DNA from: Candidatus Cloacimonadales bacterium
GTDB lineage: Bacteria; Cloacimonadota; Cloacimonadia; Cloacimonadales; JAIOQZ01
Direction: 5' to 3'
Length of the DNA stretch: 64,000 nt
Assembly: GCA_963662655.2 (NCBI GenBank)
Contig: CAXXTU010000002.1
Location: forward strand, 2,944,001-3,008,000
Part shown: piece by piece, positions 32,831 to 41,380 of the stretch
Layout of the letters: each line of letters begins with the position of its first letter
Numbering within the stretch: the stretch's first letter is position 1
Notes under the pieces: generated by a model
Databases searched by the model: none
What the model was told of the DNA's origin: nothing
The model's input: only the letters and a program-made list of their open reading frames with translations
Made by a program: the position numbers and the translations under genes

Positions 32831-33571
32831 TCACTTACGCTTCAGGTAGCTGCGGGTGAACATAGCTTCGTCCAGTTCCACCCCGAACTCGATGCTTTTC
32901 GTTTCCATGACGGTTTTCCCGCCTTCGCGGATGTTCACCATGGTCATTTTCATGGGCGTCCAATGCCCGTTGATGTTCTGGATATCCGTGCAGTGCAGTC
33001 GTTTCTCGAGCTCTCTGTCCTCGTTGTAGTAATCGATCTGGAGAGCGGTGAAACATTCCTTGTCCGCCCAGAGGATGAGCTTTGAATAGGACGGGCCGTC
33101 CGGCGTGGGGATCATCTCGAATCGGTAGCACATTCGCCCTTCGATTTCCTCTTCACCTTGAAGGGTGTAGGTGTATTTGTCGGCGATCTTACCGCCGCTC
33201 ATGTCCTCGTAACTGAAATCGCTTCCCTGAACCTTCTTCTTACGGGCGTGCTTCGCCAGATGGCGGTCGCGTCCGGTCTTGGGCGTGTAGAAGTAGATGT
33301 CGTCGCCGTCGTTGAGCATGAGTATCTTATCCCCTGCGATCCTCGAGGGTGCGGTGTATATCGTTAGCTGTTTGTCGTTCATGTCCCTGGAGAACATCTC
33401 GTACTCCAGCGTTCGCATTTCCCCGCCCGATGTCTCGATGGTTTGGCTGCCGGTACCCTTGCTGGATTCAACGCGGTCGTTGTCGTCGATCTTGTTGATG
33501 ATTTCATCCGGTGTGAGCGCGGCGAGCGCCGCAAGTGTCATGAGGATGATCGCTATGAGAATGTATCGCAT
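32831..33571 (-). CDS. Outer-membrane lipoprotein-sorting (LolA-like) protein
   Basis: Signal peptide, GSDFSYEDM, YSKLILW.DK, IDYYN..ELEK, FTRSYL. Confidence 0.85.
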   Translation of the reverse strand: MRYILIAIILMTLAALAALTPDEIINKIDDNDRVESSKGTGSQTIETSGGEMRTLEYEMFSRDMNDKQLTIYTAPSRIAGDKILMLNDGDDIYFYTPKTGRDRHLAKHARKKKVQGSDFSYEDMSGGKIADKYTYTLQGEEEIEGRMCYRFEMIPTPDGPSYSKLILWADKECFTALQIDYYNEDRELEKRLHCTDIQNINGHWTPMKMTMVNIREGGKTVMETKSIEFGVELDEAMFTRSYLKRK

Positions 33572-33580
33572 GGTTCTCTC

Positions 33581-36271
33581 CTATTTCTCTTTGGTTTTAT
33601 CGATAATGGCCAGCGCTGCGGGAATCACCAGCAGGGTTGTAACAAAGCAAGCGGCAATTCCGATGAACAGCGTTATTCCAAGGCTCGCGAGTCCGCGCAT
33701 GGTGGCAAATCCCATCGAGCCGAAAGCCAGCATGGTGGTGAGGGTAGTAAGTAGAACCGCCTTGCCCGTGCTTGTGAAGGTCGATTTGATATTGCCGGAG
33801 CCTTCCACACGATAGCGATTCAATATATGTACACCGTCGTCGATTCCCATACCGAGGATCAGGGGGACGCCCATCAGATTGAGGATGTTGAGCTGCATTC
33901 CCACGAGCTTCATGATGCCCACCATCCAGATTGCACCGAAGAAAAGCGGGATCAATGCGACCAGTGTATTCTTCAGGCTGCGGAAATCGACCAGCAGCAG
34001 GAGGAATACGACTGCGATTGTCAGCATCGCGGCCAGGCGACCGTCCTTGCCGATGTACTGGATGAGGATGTAGAATACAAGCGGCATGCCGGTGATCTTG
34101 GGATCGATCTCGTGCATGCGTTCCTTGAGGTCCTTGAGATACGCGAAGTCCCAGACCTGCTTTCTCGGATAGATTGTGACCAGGAACTGCTTGCCGTCTT
34201 TGCTGAGATAGCGATTTCTAATGTTTTCCGGAAGGATATCGAGCGTCAGGGTTGTCGTGTCGGTCATTCCAAGGGCAATCTCGTGCATGCGGGGCTGAAA
34301 TGCTTCATGGAACGCCTTGAGGCTCTCCACGGCATCTGGCTTGCTCTCGATCTTGGCGACAAGCCCTTGAACGATGCTGCTACGCTTCTCGGGAGGGAGC
34401 TCCATGTCTCCGGTGATCGTCTTCGCCTTGCGGTCGACTTTATCCTGTCCACCCATGAAGGCGAGCTGCGAAAGCTCGATGATGTTGTCCTCCAGGCGGT
34501 AAAGCTCATCGATGAAGGCATCCATGTTGGCAGGTTCGAATTCGGAATTTGTGTTTTTCACGAGATCGTCTCGAATCACCTCGATGAGCGGTTTTCGCTC
34601 TTCTTGTTCTAGTGTGCTCGGAATTAAACTACTGATGCTGGATACCATTCCGATGGATTTGAACTGCTTCGCTTTATCGGCGATGGCGCGCGACTCTGCG
34701 ATGGTTTCCGTGGTGACCATGAACATGTCGGTGGTCAGATCGTACTTCTCGATGACCTTGTCCTGCAAGACAACGCTGCTCAGGCCTTTGGGTTCAAGAT
34801 CGAGATAGTTGTAGTTGAACCGGATGTTCATGGCCTGATAAAGGAAGAATCCGGTGAGTAGAAGGGTGAGAATCGCAACGAGCCAGCGATTCCGCGCGAT
34901 GAATGCGGAGGCGTTTCCCAGGAATGTGAAGGATACTGCTTTGATCGGTTTCTCAGCTTTTTTCCTGGATGATAGCCGCTCTCGCAGCAACAACATGGGC
35001 GGAAGAACGATCATCGCGGAGAGCATGGTCAAAAGAACTCCCAGGCCGGCGATGAATCCGAATTCCTTCATTCCGGTGTTCTTGGATACCAGCATGGTAA
35101 GAAAAGCCAGGGCGGTTGTCATTGCGCCGACGAGAACACCGTTTCCGCAGTGACTGTACATGGAGAGGATCGCCTTTGCCGGAGAGTCTCCATGCGCTCG
35201 GGCATCCTGGTAGGCGGATATGATGTGGATATTAAAGTCGATACCCAGCCCCATGAGGACAACCGCGAACATGGAGGTCATCATGTTCAGGTGACCGTAG
35301 ATAATCTGCGCCAGAGCTCCGGTCCAAATGACGCCAACAATGAGGCTGATTCCTGCAAGAAGAGGAGCTGCGATCATGCGGAACGAGAAGATGAACAGGA
35401 GGATAATGAGCACGAAGGAGATGATCGAGGTGTAATTCATGTCCTCCTGCGCACCGATGGTTTCATCGCGCGCAAGGGTCATCGTGCCGGTCAATCCGCC
35501 TTTCAGGGAGGGATACTTTGCCAGCCCGGCGGTTACAAGCGAATCGACTCGATTGACCACGGGAATAACGGTGTCCATGTTGTCGATCGGGAATGCCGGC
35601 TGGGCGAAGAGAAGAATCATGTCCCGCTCGGGAGAGAGGTAGTAGGGTTCTCCGAGCAGGAAGCGTTCCGCGACGTCTTCGCCAATCGCCGTCGGCAAGG
35701 GTTCGTCGCTTTCGATATATTGCTTCATCGTAAGCAGGTAGTTGCGTATCCCGTCGAGCGATTGCACGGCCTGATCTTCTTTTTCAGCGTTAGAGAGCCC
35801 TTCATCGTCTTCGATATACGTTTTCTCGAAATTATCGTTGATCGCTGTAAGGAAGGGAAGAAGTCCTGTATCCTTGAACATACTCCGCATATTCTTCAGG
35901 CTGCTCGTGCGCGTCAACATGAAGCCGTATCTGGCAAGGAAGTCGCGATCGGATGTGTAATCGACGCGCTTGATTTCCGGCTTGATGGCTTCGATCTGCG
36001 GGGCGACATCTTCAGCAAACTGGACCAGTTCCTCCTCGTTGCCGGATATTGCCACGATCAGGTTTGACGACGAGCTGAAGTGATCGATGATTCGATCGAG
36101 CTCGATCACGGTGGGGTCATCGCGAGGCATGAGATCCTTGAAGCTCATTTTGACTTTCAGACCTGTCATGACATACATCGACAGCGCCGTCACGAGCAGA
36201 AAGACGAATAGCAATGAGATATGATTCGAGGCTACGAGAGAGCCGAGGTTCAGGAAAACTCGTTTTTTCAT
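33581..36271 (-). CDS. MMPL/RND-family transporter
   Basis: 896 aa, two halves each with a large loop and TM bundle; GLGIDFNIH and GMGIDDGVH. Confidence 0.9.
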   Translation of the reverse strand: MKKRVFLNLGSLVASNHISLLFVFLLVTALSMYVMTGLKVKMSFKDLMPRDDPTVIELDRIIDHFSSSSNLIVAISGNEEELVQFAEDVAPQIEAIKPEIKRVDYTSDRDFLARYGFMLTRTSSLKNMRSMFKDTGLLPFLTAINDNFEKTYIEDDEGLSNAEKEDQAVQSLDGIRNYLLTMKQYIESDEPLPTAIGEDVAERFLLGEPYYLSPERDMILLFAQPAFPIDNMDTVIPVVNRVDSLVTAGLAKYPSLKGGLTGTMTLARDETIGAQEDMNYTSIISFVLIILLFIFSFRMIAAPLLAGISLIVGVIWTGALAQIIYGHLNMMTSMFAVVLMGLGIDFNIHIISAYQDARAHGDSPAKAILSMYSHCGNGVLVGAMTTALAFLTMLVSKNTGMKEFGFIAGLGVLLTMLSAMIVLPPMLLLRERLSSRKKAEKPIKAVSFTFLGNASAFIARNRWLVAILTLLLTGFFLYQAMNIRFNYNYLDLEPKGLSSVVLQDKVIEKYDLTTDMFMVTTETIAESRAIADKAKQFKSIGMVSSISSLIPSTLEQEERKPLIEVIRDDLVKNTNSEFEPANMDAFIDELYRLEDNIIELSQLAFMGGQDKVDRKAKTITGDMELPPEKRSSIVQGLVAKIESKPDAVESLKAFHEAFQPRMHEIALGMTDTTTLTLDILPENIRNRYLSKDGKQFLVTIYPRKQVWDFAYLKDLKERMHEIDPKITGMPLVFYILIQYIGKDGRLAAMLTIAVVFLLLLVDFRSLKNTLVALIPLFFGAIWMVGIMKLVGMQLNILNLMGVPLILGMGIDDGVHILNRYRVEGSGNIKSTFTSTGKAVLLTTLTTMLAFGSMGFATMRGLASLGITLFIGIAACFVTTLLVIPAALAIIDKTKEK

Positions 36272-36274
36272 ACC

Positions 36275-36886
36275 TTACTCCCTGTTCTCAATCGAGATTA
36301 GTTTCCAAAGGTTGTTGATGTATTTTCTGATGCTGTCGAACGCGGTGTTATCCACCTGGCTGAGGACAATGGTGCCTTCATACAGTGCGTTGAAGCTGAA
36401 CGCGATACTGTCCGCATCGACGTCAGGACGGATATGTCCGTCCTGCTGCCCTTTTCTGATGGTGGATGCTACGTTAACGCGTATCGACTCGTACAGCTTG
36501 TTCATGTTCTCGCGCAAATCGGGGTACTCCCGCATGGAGAAGAAGATCAGCTGGAAATAGTGATACTGGGTTATTCCTGATTCGCCGATCATCTGGAAGA
36601 AGATGTCTTCGACCTTGTCAACGGTATCGAAGAACGACTCGAATAGCTCCTTGACGGGCTTGGGTTGCGTGAATGTGGCCTGAATCCAATGAGCCATCTC
36701 TTCGAGCAATCCAGAAACGATCGCACGGAACAACTCTTCCTTGCCGCTGAAGTAGTGGTAAATCCCGCCTTTGGTGATGCCCGACCTCTTCACGACATCG
36801 TTCATGGAGGTACGTTCGAATCCCTTGAGGAGGAATTCGACCAACGCCGCACTCGTGATTTTCTGCAATGTAGAATCTTGTTGCAT
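36275..36886 (-). CDS. TetR/AcrR-family regulator
   Basis: GFERTSMNDVVKRSGITKGGIYHYFSGKEEL HTH. Confidence 0.92.
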   Translation of the reverse strand: MQQDSTLQKITSAALVEFLLKGFERTSMNDVVKRSGITKGGIYHYFSGKEELFRAIVSGLLEEMAHWIQATFTQPKPVKELFESFFDTVDKVEDIFFQMIGESGITQYHYFQLIFFSMREYPDLRENMNKLYESIRVNVASTIRKGQQDGHIRPDVDADSIAFSFNALYEGTIVLSQVDNTAFDSIRKYINNLWKLISIENRE

Positions 36887-36902
36887 GATATATCCTTAAC
36901 AA

Positions 36903-36944
36903 ACCGACTGGTCGGTATAATCTGAACGACGGTCATTACGTCAA
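36903..36944 (-). promoter_or_regulatory. Putative TetR operator overlapping promoter
   Basis: Palindrome ACCGAC-TG-GTCGGT (36903-36916) immediately downstream of minus-strand TTGACG-16-GATTAT. Confidence 0.7.
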
Positions 36945-36993
36945 GCATTTTTTATTTGATTGGTGCGCAATACGTGGATTTGGCATGAAGAAA

Positions 36994-37264
36994 GCACATC
37001 AATCCGGTGGGTTGACCACTCACCGCGCGGCTGGGCGGCGCTGAAGCCCTTTTAACACACCAACATCTGCGTCAACCGAATTTCATCCGGCTTCCGCCGA
37101 ACGTTGCTGTGTTTTATTCAAGGGCTTCGGCAGGATTTTGAAATGCATTCCGTCGAATACATTTCAAAACCTGTAAGTGCGCGTAGCGCACGCGCCGCCC
37201 AGCCGCGCTGGATTGCTGGTGAACTCCGGTTCGTTACCGGATTTACCCGGGAGGATTGATGTGC
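36994..37264 (+). other. Highly structured nested inverted-repeat element (candidate ncRNA or MITE)
   Basis: Perfect 12-bp outer IR, perfect 17-bp inner IR and five further hairpins; see findings. Confidence 0.75.
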
Positions 37265-37289
37265 GGGGGTAGCACGCGTCATTTTTTGA

Positions 37290-37351
37290 TTGACAGGACA
37301 ACCGGCAATCCGTAAAGTTACACATGTATAGACAATAAACGGAAGTAACTT
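37290..37351 (+). promoter_or_regulatory. Putative promoter and operator of the DJ-1 operon
   Basis: TTGACA (37290), 17 bp, TAAAGT; overlapping inverted arms AAGTTAC...GTAACTT (37315-37351) before a GGAGG RBS. Confidence 0.55.
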
Positions 37352-37360
37352 GGAGGTGTT

Positions 37361-37990
37361 ATGAAGTACATAGCTGCGCTTATACTGCTTGTTCTGGCAA
37401 TGGCATGCAGTGCCGAGCCTCTACATATATTGGTCATGGTAGCGAACAATTACGGCGGAAACAGCATGCTGAACCGCGAGTACTACGAGCGAAAAGGCTG
37501 GGAAATCACGCTGACCGGCGTGACGGAAACGGTGAGTCCATGCTCGGGCGACCTTCCTCAACTCGAGATGGATATTCTGGTAGACGATATCGAAGACATC
37601 TCGCCGTACGATGCAATTGTGATATGGCCGTCGCGCTGGTGGGTCAACAATCCCTATGGCGATCTGATCAACAGCGATGCGGCGATAAGCCTGTTACAGG
37701 CCGCGAACTCGCAGGGTAAAATCATCTGGGCGACATGCGGAGGAACGCTTCTGTTGGCCGCTGCCGATATTATCAATGGGAAAAGAGTCCAGGGGCAATC
37801 CGGCAACAACAACGCATTTGTGACAATCTACACGAACGCAGGCGCGACATGGGTAGGCCAGAGCCTGCCGCCCGTAATTGACGAGAACATCATTACTACG
37901 ACTCGAGGACAGTTCCTTTGGGAGCTGAACAACGAAGCAATACTTACAACTTGGTTGAGGAACCGGAACCAGACAGGGAGGGTAAAATGA
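37361..37990 (+). CDS. DJ-1/PfpI-family protein with signal peptide
   Basis: YDAIVI, GKIIWATCGG nucleophile-elbow Cys, GATWV, VIDENIITTTRG; N-terminal MKYIAALILLVLAMACSA. Confidence 0.8.
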   Translation: MKYIAALILLVLAMACSAEPLHILVMVANNYGGNSMLNREYYERKGWEITLTGVTETVSPCSGDLPQLEMDILVDDIEDISPYDAIVIWPSRWWVNNPYGDLINSDAAISLLQAANSQGKIIWATCGGTLLLAAADIINGKRVQGQSGNNNAFVTIYTNAGATWVGQSLPPVIDENIITTTRGQFLWELNNEAILTTWLRNRNQTGRVK

Positions 37991-40413
37991 AAGGGAAGCT
38001 TGCTCAACGACTCATTTTCATTGCTCTTATATTGCCGGTTCTGGCGTTCGCCGACTTCGAGACCTTGTGGGAACAGCAAGCCGAAGTGGACGGCAATGCC
38101 GGATTTCAGGCAGTAACCCTGATTTCTCAAGAAAGAATCGCATGTGTTGGAGGGTTCTGTCCTTCCGGTTCTTCTCTTTCTTACGGATACATCGCCCTGT
38201 ATGATGACGAGGGCAACAATCTTGATTCGGTCATGGCGGAAACAGACGGCTGGTCGGAGCTGGCTGCCGTCGTTCCCGCCACCGGTCAAAACGGATTCTA
38301 CACCGCAGGCAGTTGCTTCGTCGATCAGCTCGGGATGCAGGTATGGGTCGCACGCTGGGATGACGACCTCAATTTGCAGTGGGAAGGATTCTTCGGAGGC
38401 ATCGGCGAAGACTTCGGTTATTCCCTCGTCGCGCTGGAGGACGGCTCGTGCCTGGTTCTCTCGTCGGTTTCGGAAGACGTTGAATCGTTCCACAACGCCG
38501 AGCTGATGAAGATTTCTGCCGAAGGCGATTCGTTGTGGGCTGTGCAGTACAGCTATCTGACGAACGATGAAGGGAAGGATATCATCGCCGGGAATGACGG
38601 AACCTTCTACATAGCCGGGGCGAGCTCGCAGTTCGACGGTGTCAGAAACAGCCAGCTCTGGGTCATGCAAATCGATGGAGACGGAAACGTGCTGGAGGAA
38701 CAGGCGATTGGGGTCATCGGAAACGGCGCGACTGATTACGACGCCGGTTTCGGCATCGTACAGGATGACCAGGGCGTGGTTACGGCGGTTGGAATAACGG
38801 CCGCGGAATCCCAGGAACGTATGGACGCGGCGCTTGTCCGACTCGAAAGCGATCTCGAAGTTCAAGGCTACGAGAACTACGAGATGCAAGGCTTCTACGA
38901 TTTTGCTTACAAGGTCGTTGCTGCGGACAGCGATGGCGATGTCGTCATCTGCGGCGCAAGCCGGAATTTTAACGATCAGAAGAACAGCGGTTTCCTGCTG
39001 CGAGCCGATGCCAGCCTCGACGAGATGTGGCGTAACTACTACTCGATCGGAAACGCGTGCGGCTTGATGGATTTGTGCAAACTCGCTGACAACGATTTTA
39101 TCTGTGTCGGATACACATTTTCGGATGAGAATGTCCAGAAGCCGCTGATCCTGCGGATTCGGGATCGATACATTCTTCCCGATTTCGAGATTGGTCCCTG
39201 CACGGGGCATGCGCCGCTCAATGTCAACTTCGAGAATCACTCGAGAACATACCCTCATTACGAAATGATCCAGTGGGACTTCAATAACGACGGTGTTTGG
39301 GACGCAACAGACGATACGTTCCAGTACGCCTACACGGAACCGGGGATTTATCAGGTCAATGTACGGCTTTCGGGTGCTGAAGTCGATACCACCCTTACGT
39401 CGATCGAGACGGTGTACGTCTTCAACGGAGATAGCGGGATTTACTTCGACGGCGAAAGCTCCCGGGCGCAGGTTGACGCGGCGGACGACATGGAACTTAC
39501 CGATTCTTTTACTTTTGAGGCCTGGATCGATCCTTCATCGTGGAACAACGCCAATGCAATGGGTGATGTCATCCTCGGCAAAGGATCGGTTATGATTGCT
39601 ATCGGCAGTAACAGCGAAATCCCCGTCGAGCATGCGCTGATGTTCAATCTCCGCCTCGAGGATGGAACTTCATGTGTAGGAGCAACTCCAGACGGATCGA
39701 TTACTCTCGACGGATGGCAGAATATCGCGGTTGTCTATTCAGGCGATTCAGGTGTAACCGCCCTTATCGATGGACACCCGCAACAGATAACTTGGATCAA
39801 CGAGCCCAGTGGAAGTTTGCAGTCAAACGCATCTCTCTCCCTTTCACTGGGCGCACATAATGCCGGTTTTGCCATGTATCACGGCGTCATGGACGAGGTT
39901 CGTCTATGGAGTATCGCCCGATCGACACAAGAAATCCTGGAGACGATGGAGCTCCCGCTTCAAGGCTTTGAAGATGGTCTGTTGGGCTACTGGAGAATGG
40001 ATGAGGCGATTGGCTACGATCTGACGGACGGCAGCCTGTACAATCACCACGGGCATCTGAGCGGAACGCAGTGGCGTCAAGGCTGCAACTTCGATCCGTA
40101 TGATGTCAATGACGAAACCGCCGCTCCATCGGCAAATGTAAACGGAATCCGGCGAGTTTATCCCAATCCCTTCAACCCGAGTACTACGATCGAGTACGCT
40201 CTGGCGAAACCGGCGGAAGTCATCCTTTCTATATATAATGTAAAAGGGCAGAAAGTAAAAAACTTGATTCATGCGCGGGGATCTGCAGGATTGCACCAGG
40301 TTTGCTGGGACGGTTCCAGCCAGAAAGGAGCCGCTTGCAGCAGCGGGATATATCTCGTCCGCATGCAAGCAGATGGGAATACGTTCTCCAGCAAGATACT
40401 GATGTTGAAATAA
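37987..40413 (+). CDS. Secreted beta-propeller + PKD + LamG protein with FlgD-like C-terminal domain
   Basis: ATG at 37987 overlaps upstream stop; signal peptide; GHAPLNVNF..WDFNNDG..YTEPGIYQV (PKD); FTFEAWI..WQNIAVV..MDEVRLW (LamG); YPNPFNP...KILMLK. Confidence 0.85.
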   Translation: MKGKLAQRLIFIALILPVLAFADFETLWEQQAEVDGNAGFQAVTLISQERIACVGGFCPSGSSLSYGYIALYDDEGNNLDSVMAETDGWSELAAVVPATGQNGFYTAGSCFVDQLGMQVWVARWDDDLNLQWEGFFGGIGEDFGYSLVALEDGSCLVLSSVSEDVESFHNAELMKISAEGDSLWAVQYSYLTNDEGKDIIAGNDGTFYIAGASSQFDGVRNSQLWVMQIDGDGNVLEEQAIGVIGNGATDYDAGFGIVQDDQGVVTAVGITAAESQERMDAALVRLESDLEVQGYENYEMQGFYDFAYKVVAADSDGDVVICGASRNFNDQKNSGFLLRADASLDEMWRNYYSIGNACGLMDLCKLADNDFICVGYTFSDENVQKPLILRIRDRYILPDFEIGPCTGHAPLNVNFENHSRTYPHYEMIQWDFNNDGVWDATDDTFQYAYTEPGIYQVNVRLSGAEVDTTLTSIETVYVFNGDSGIYFDGESSRAQVDAADDMELTDSFTFEAWIDPSSWNNANAMGDVILGKGSVMIAIGSNSEIPVEHALMFNLRLEDGTSCVGATPDGSITLDGWQNIAVVYSGDSGVTALIDGHPQQITWINEPSGSLQSNASLSLSLGAHNAGFAMYHGVMDEVRLWSIARSTQEILETMELPLQGFEDGLLGYWRMDEAIGYDLTDGSLYNHHGHLSGTQWRQGCNFDPYDVNDETAAPSANVNGIRRVYPNPFNPSTTIEYALAKPAEVILSIYNVKGQKVKNLIHARGSAGLHQVCWDGSSQKGAACSSGIYLVRMQADGNTFSSKILMLK

Positions 40414-40492
40414 AGTTTTGCTTCCAGGATGAAGAAGGGATAAAAAACAGGCTGCCGGTCGGGGGATTGGTTGCCGGAAGGTTCAGTGCGTT

Positions 40493-41107
40493 ATGACTCG
40501 AAAAGAGAGAGAGCTTCTCCGTAGAAAAGAAGAGATAATCGAAATCGCCACGAAGCTTTTCAAGGAAAACGGTTACGAGCAAACCGGAATGGACGAGATT
40601 GCCAGAAAGGCGGAGTTTACCAGGAAAACGCTTTACCAGTATTTCGGAAGTAAGGCCGATCTGCTCATATTTGTGGTTCTGAAGCAGCTTCGAGCGTTCG
40701 ATGAAGCGATCGTTGAAACGTTCCGCGCCAATCAGGGGCAAAACGCACTGAAACGCTTGCGGGATTACTGCGATCTGTACTACTCATGGTTCATTACGCG
40801 TCCCAACGAGTTCATGCTGATCACCTATTACGATCTTGCGATCCACAACGGCTGGGACCAACTGCATCCAAACACACGGGAGATGCTGACGGGAATAAAG
40901 AACAGCGAGAAGAACGTGTTTCACCAGTTGTTCGAGGAGGGGATCAATTCCGGAGAGATGAATCGTGATCTTACGACCGATCTCGCGGTGGATTTCCTTC
41001 AAAAGGTGATTTACGGCATCGCGCATTCCTACATCCTGCACCCGAATTTCCCCCAGGAGTACTATCAAAAGGAGATCGACTACCTTTTCCGAGTCTTTGC
41101 CCCGTGA
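40493..41107 (+). CDS. TetR/AcrR-family regulator
   Basis: RKERE..RRKEEI, GYEQTGMDEIARKAEFTRKTLYQYFGSK. Confidence 0.92.
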   Translation: MTRKERELLRRKEEIIEIATKLFKENGYEQTGMDEIARKAEFTRKTLYQYFGSKADLLIFVVLKQLRAFDEAIVETFRANQGQNALKRLRDYCDLYYSWFITRPNEFMLITYYDLAIHNGWDQLHPNTREMLTGIKNSEKNVFHQLFEEGINSGEMNRDLTTDLAVDFLQKVIYGIAHSYILHPNFPQEYYQKEIDYLFRVFAP

Positions 41108-41380
41108 GATCGGATTATTCGCTTCGTTCCTTTTCATGAAGCGTTTTGCGCTCTGTTACTTTGTATCCCAATCATTATTCCTCATACGATCTTCCCCGCC
41201 AGTTTAAAAGAACTTGCCGAATCTCGATGAAGATGCTACGAATGGCTTGTAAATGATTCTGTGTCATCATTTGAGATTCGCTGCGCTTGGTGTCGACCTG
41301 ATTGCTCCGACTTGTCGTGGACATCGAAGGGCCAAGCCAAGCGGAAATCATAATAAAGCATTTGCCGGTGGTATATATAT

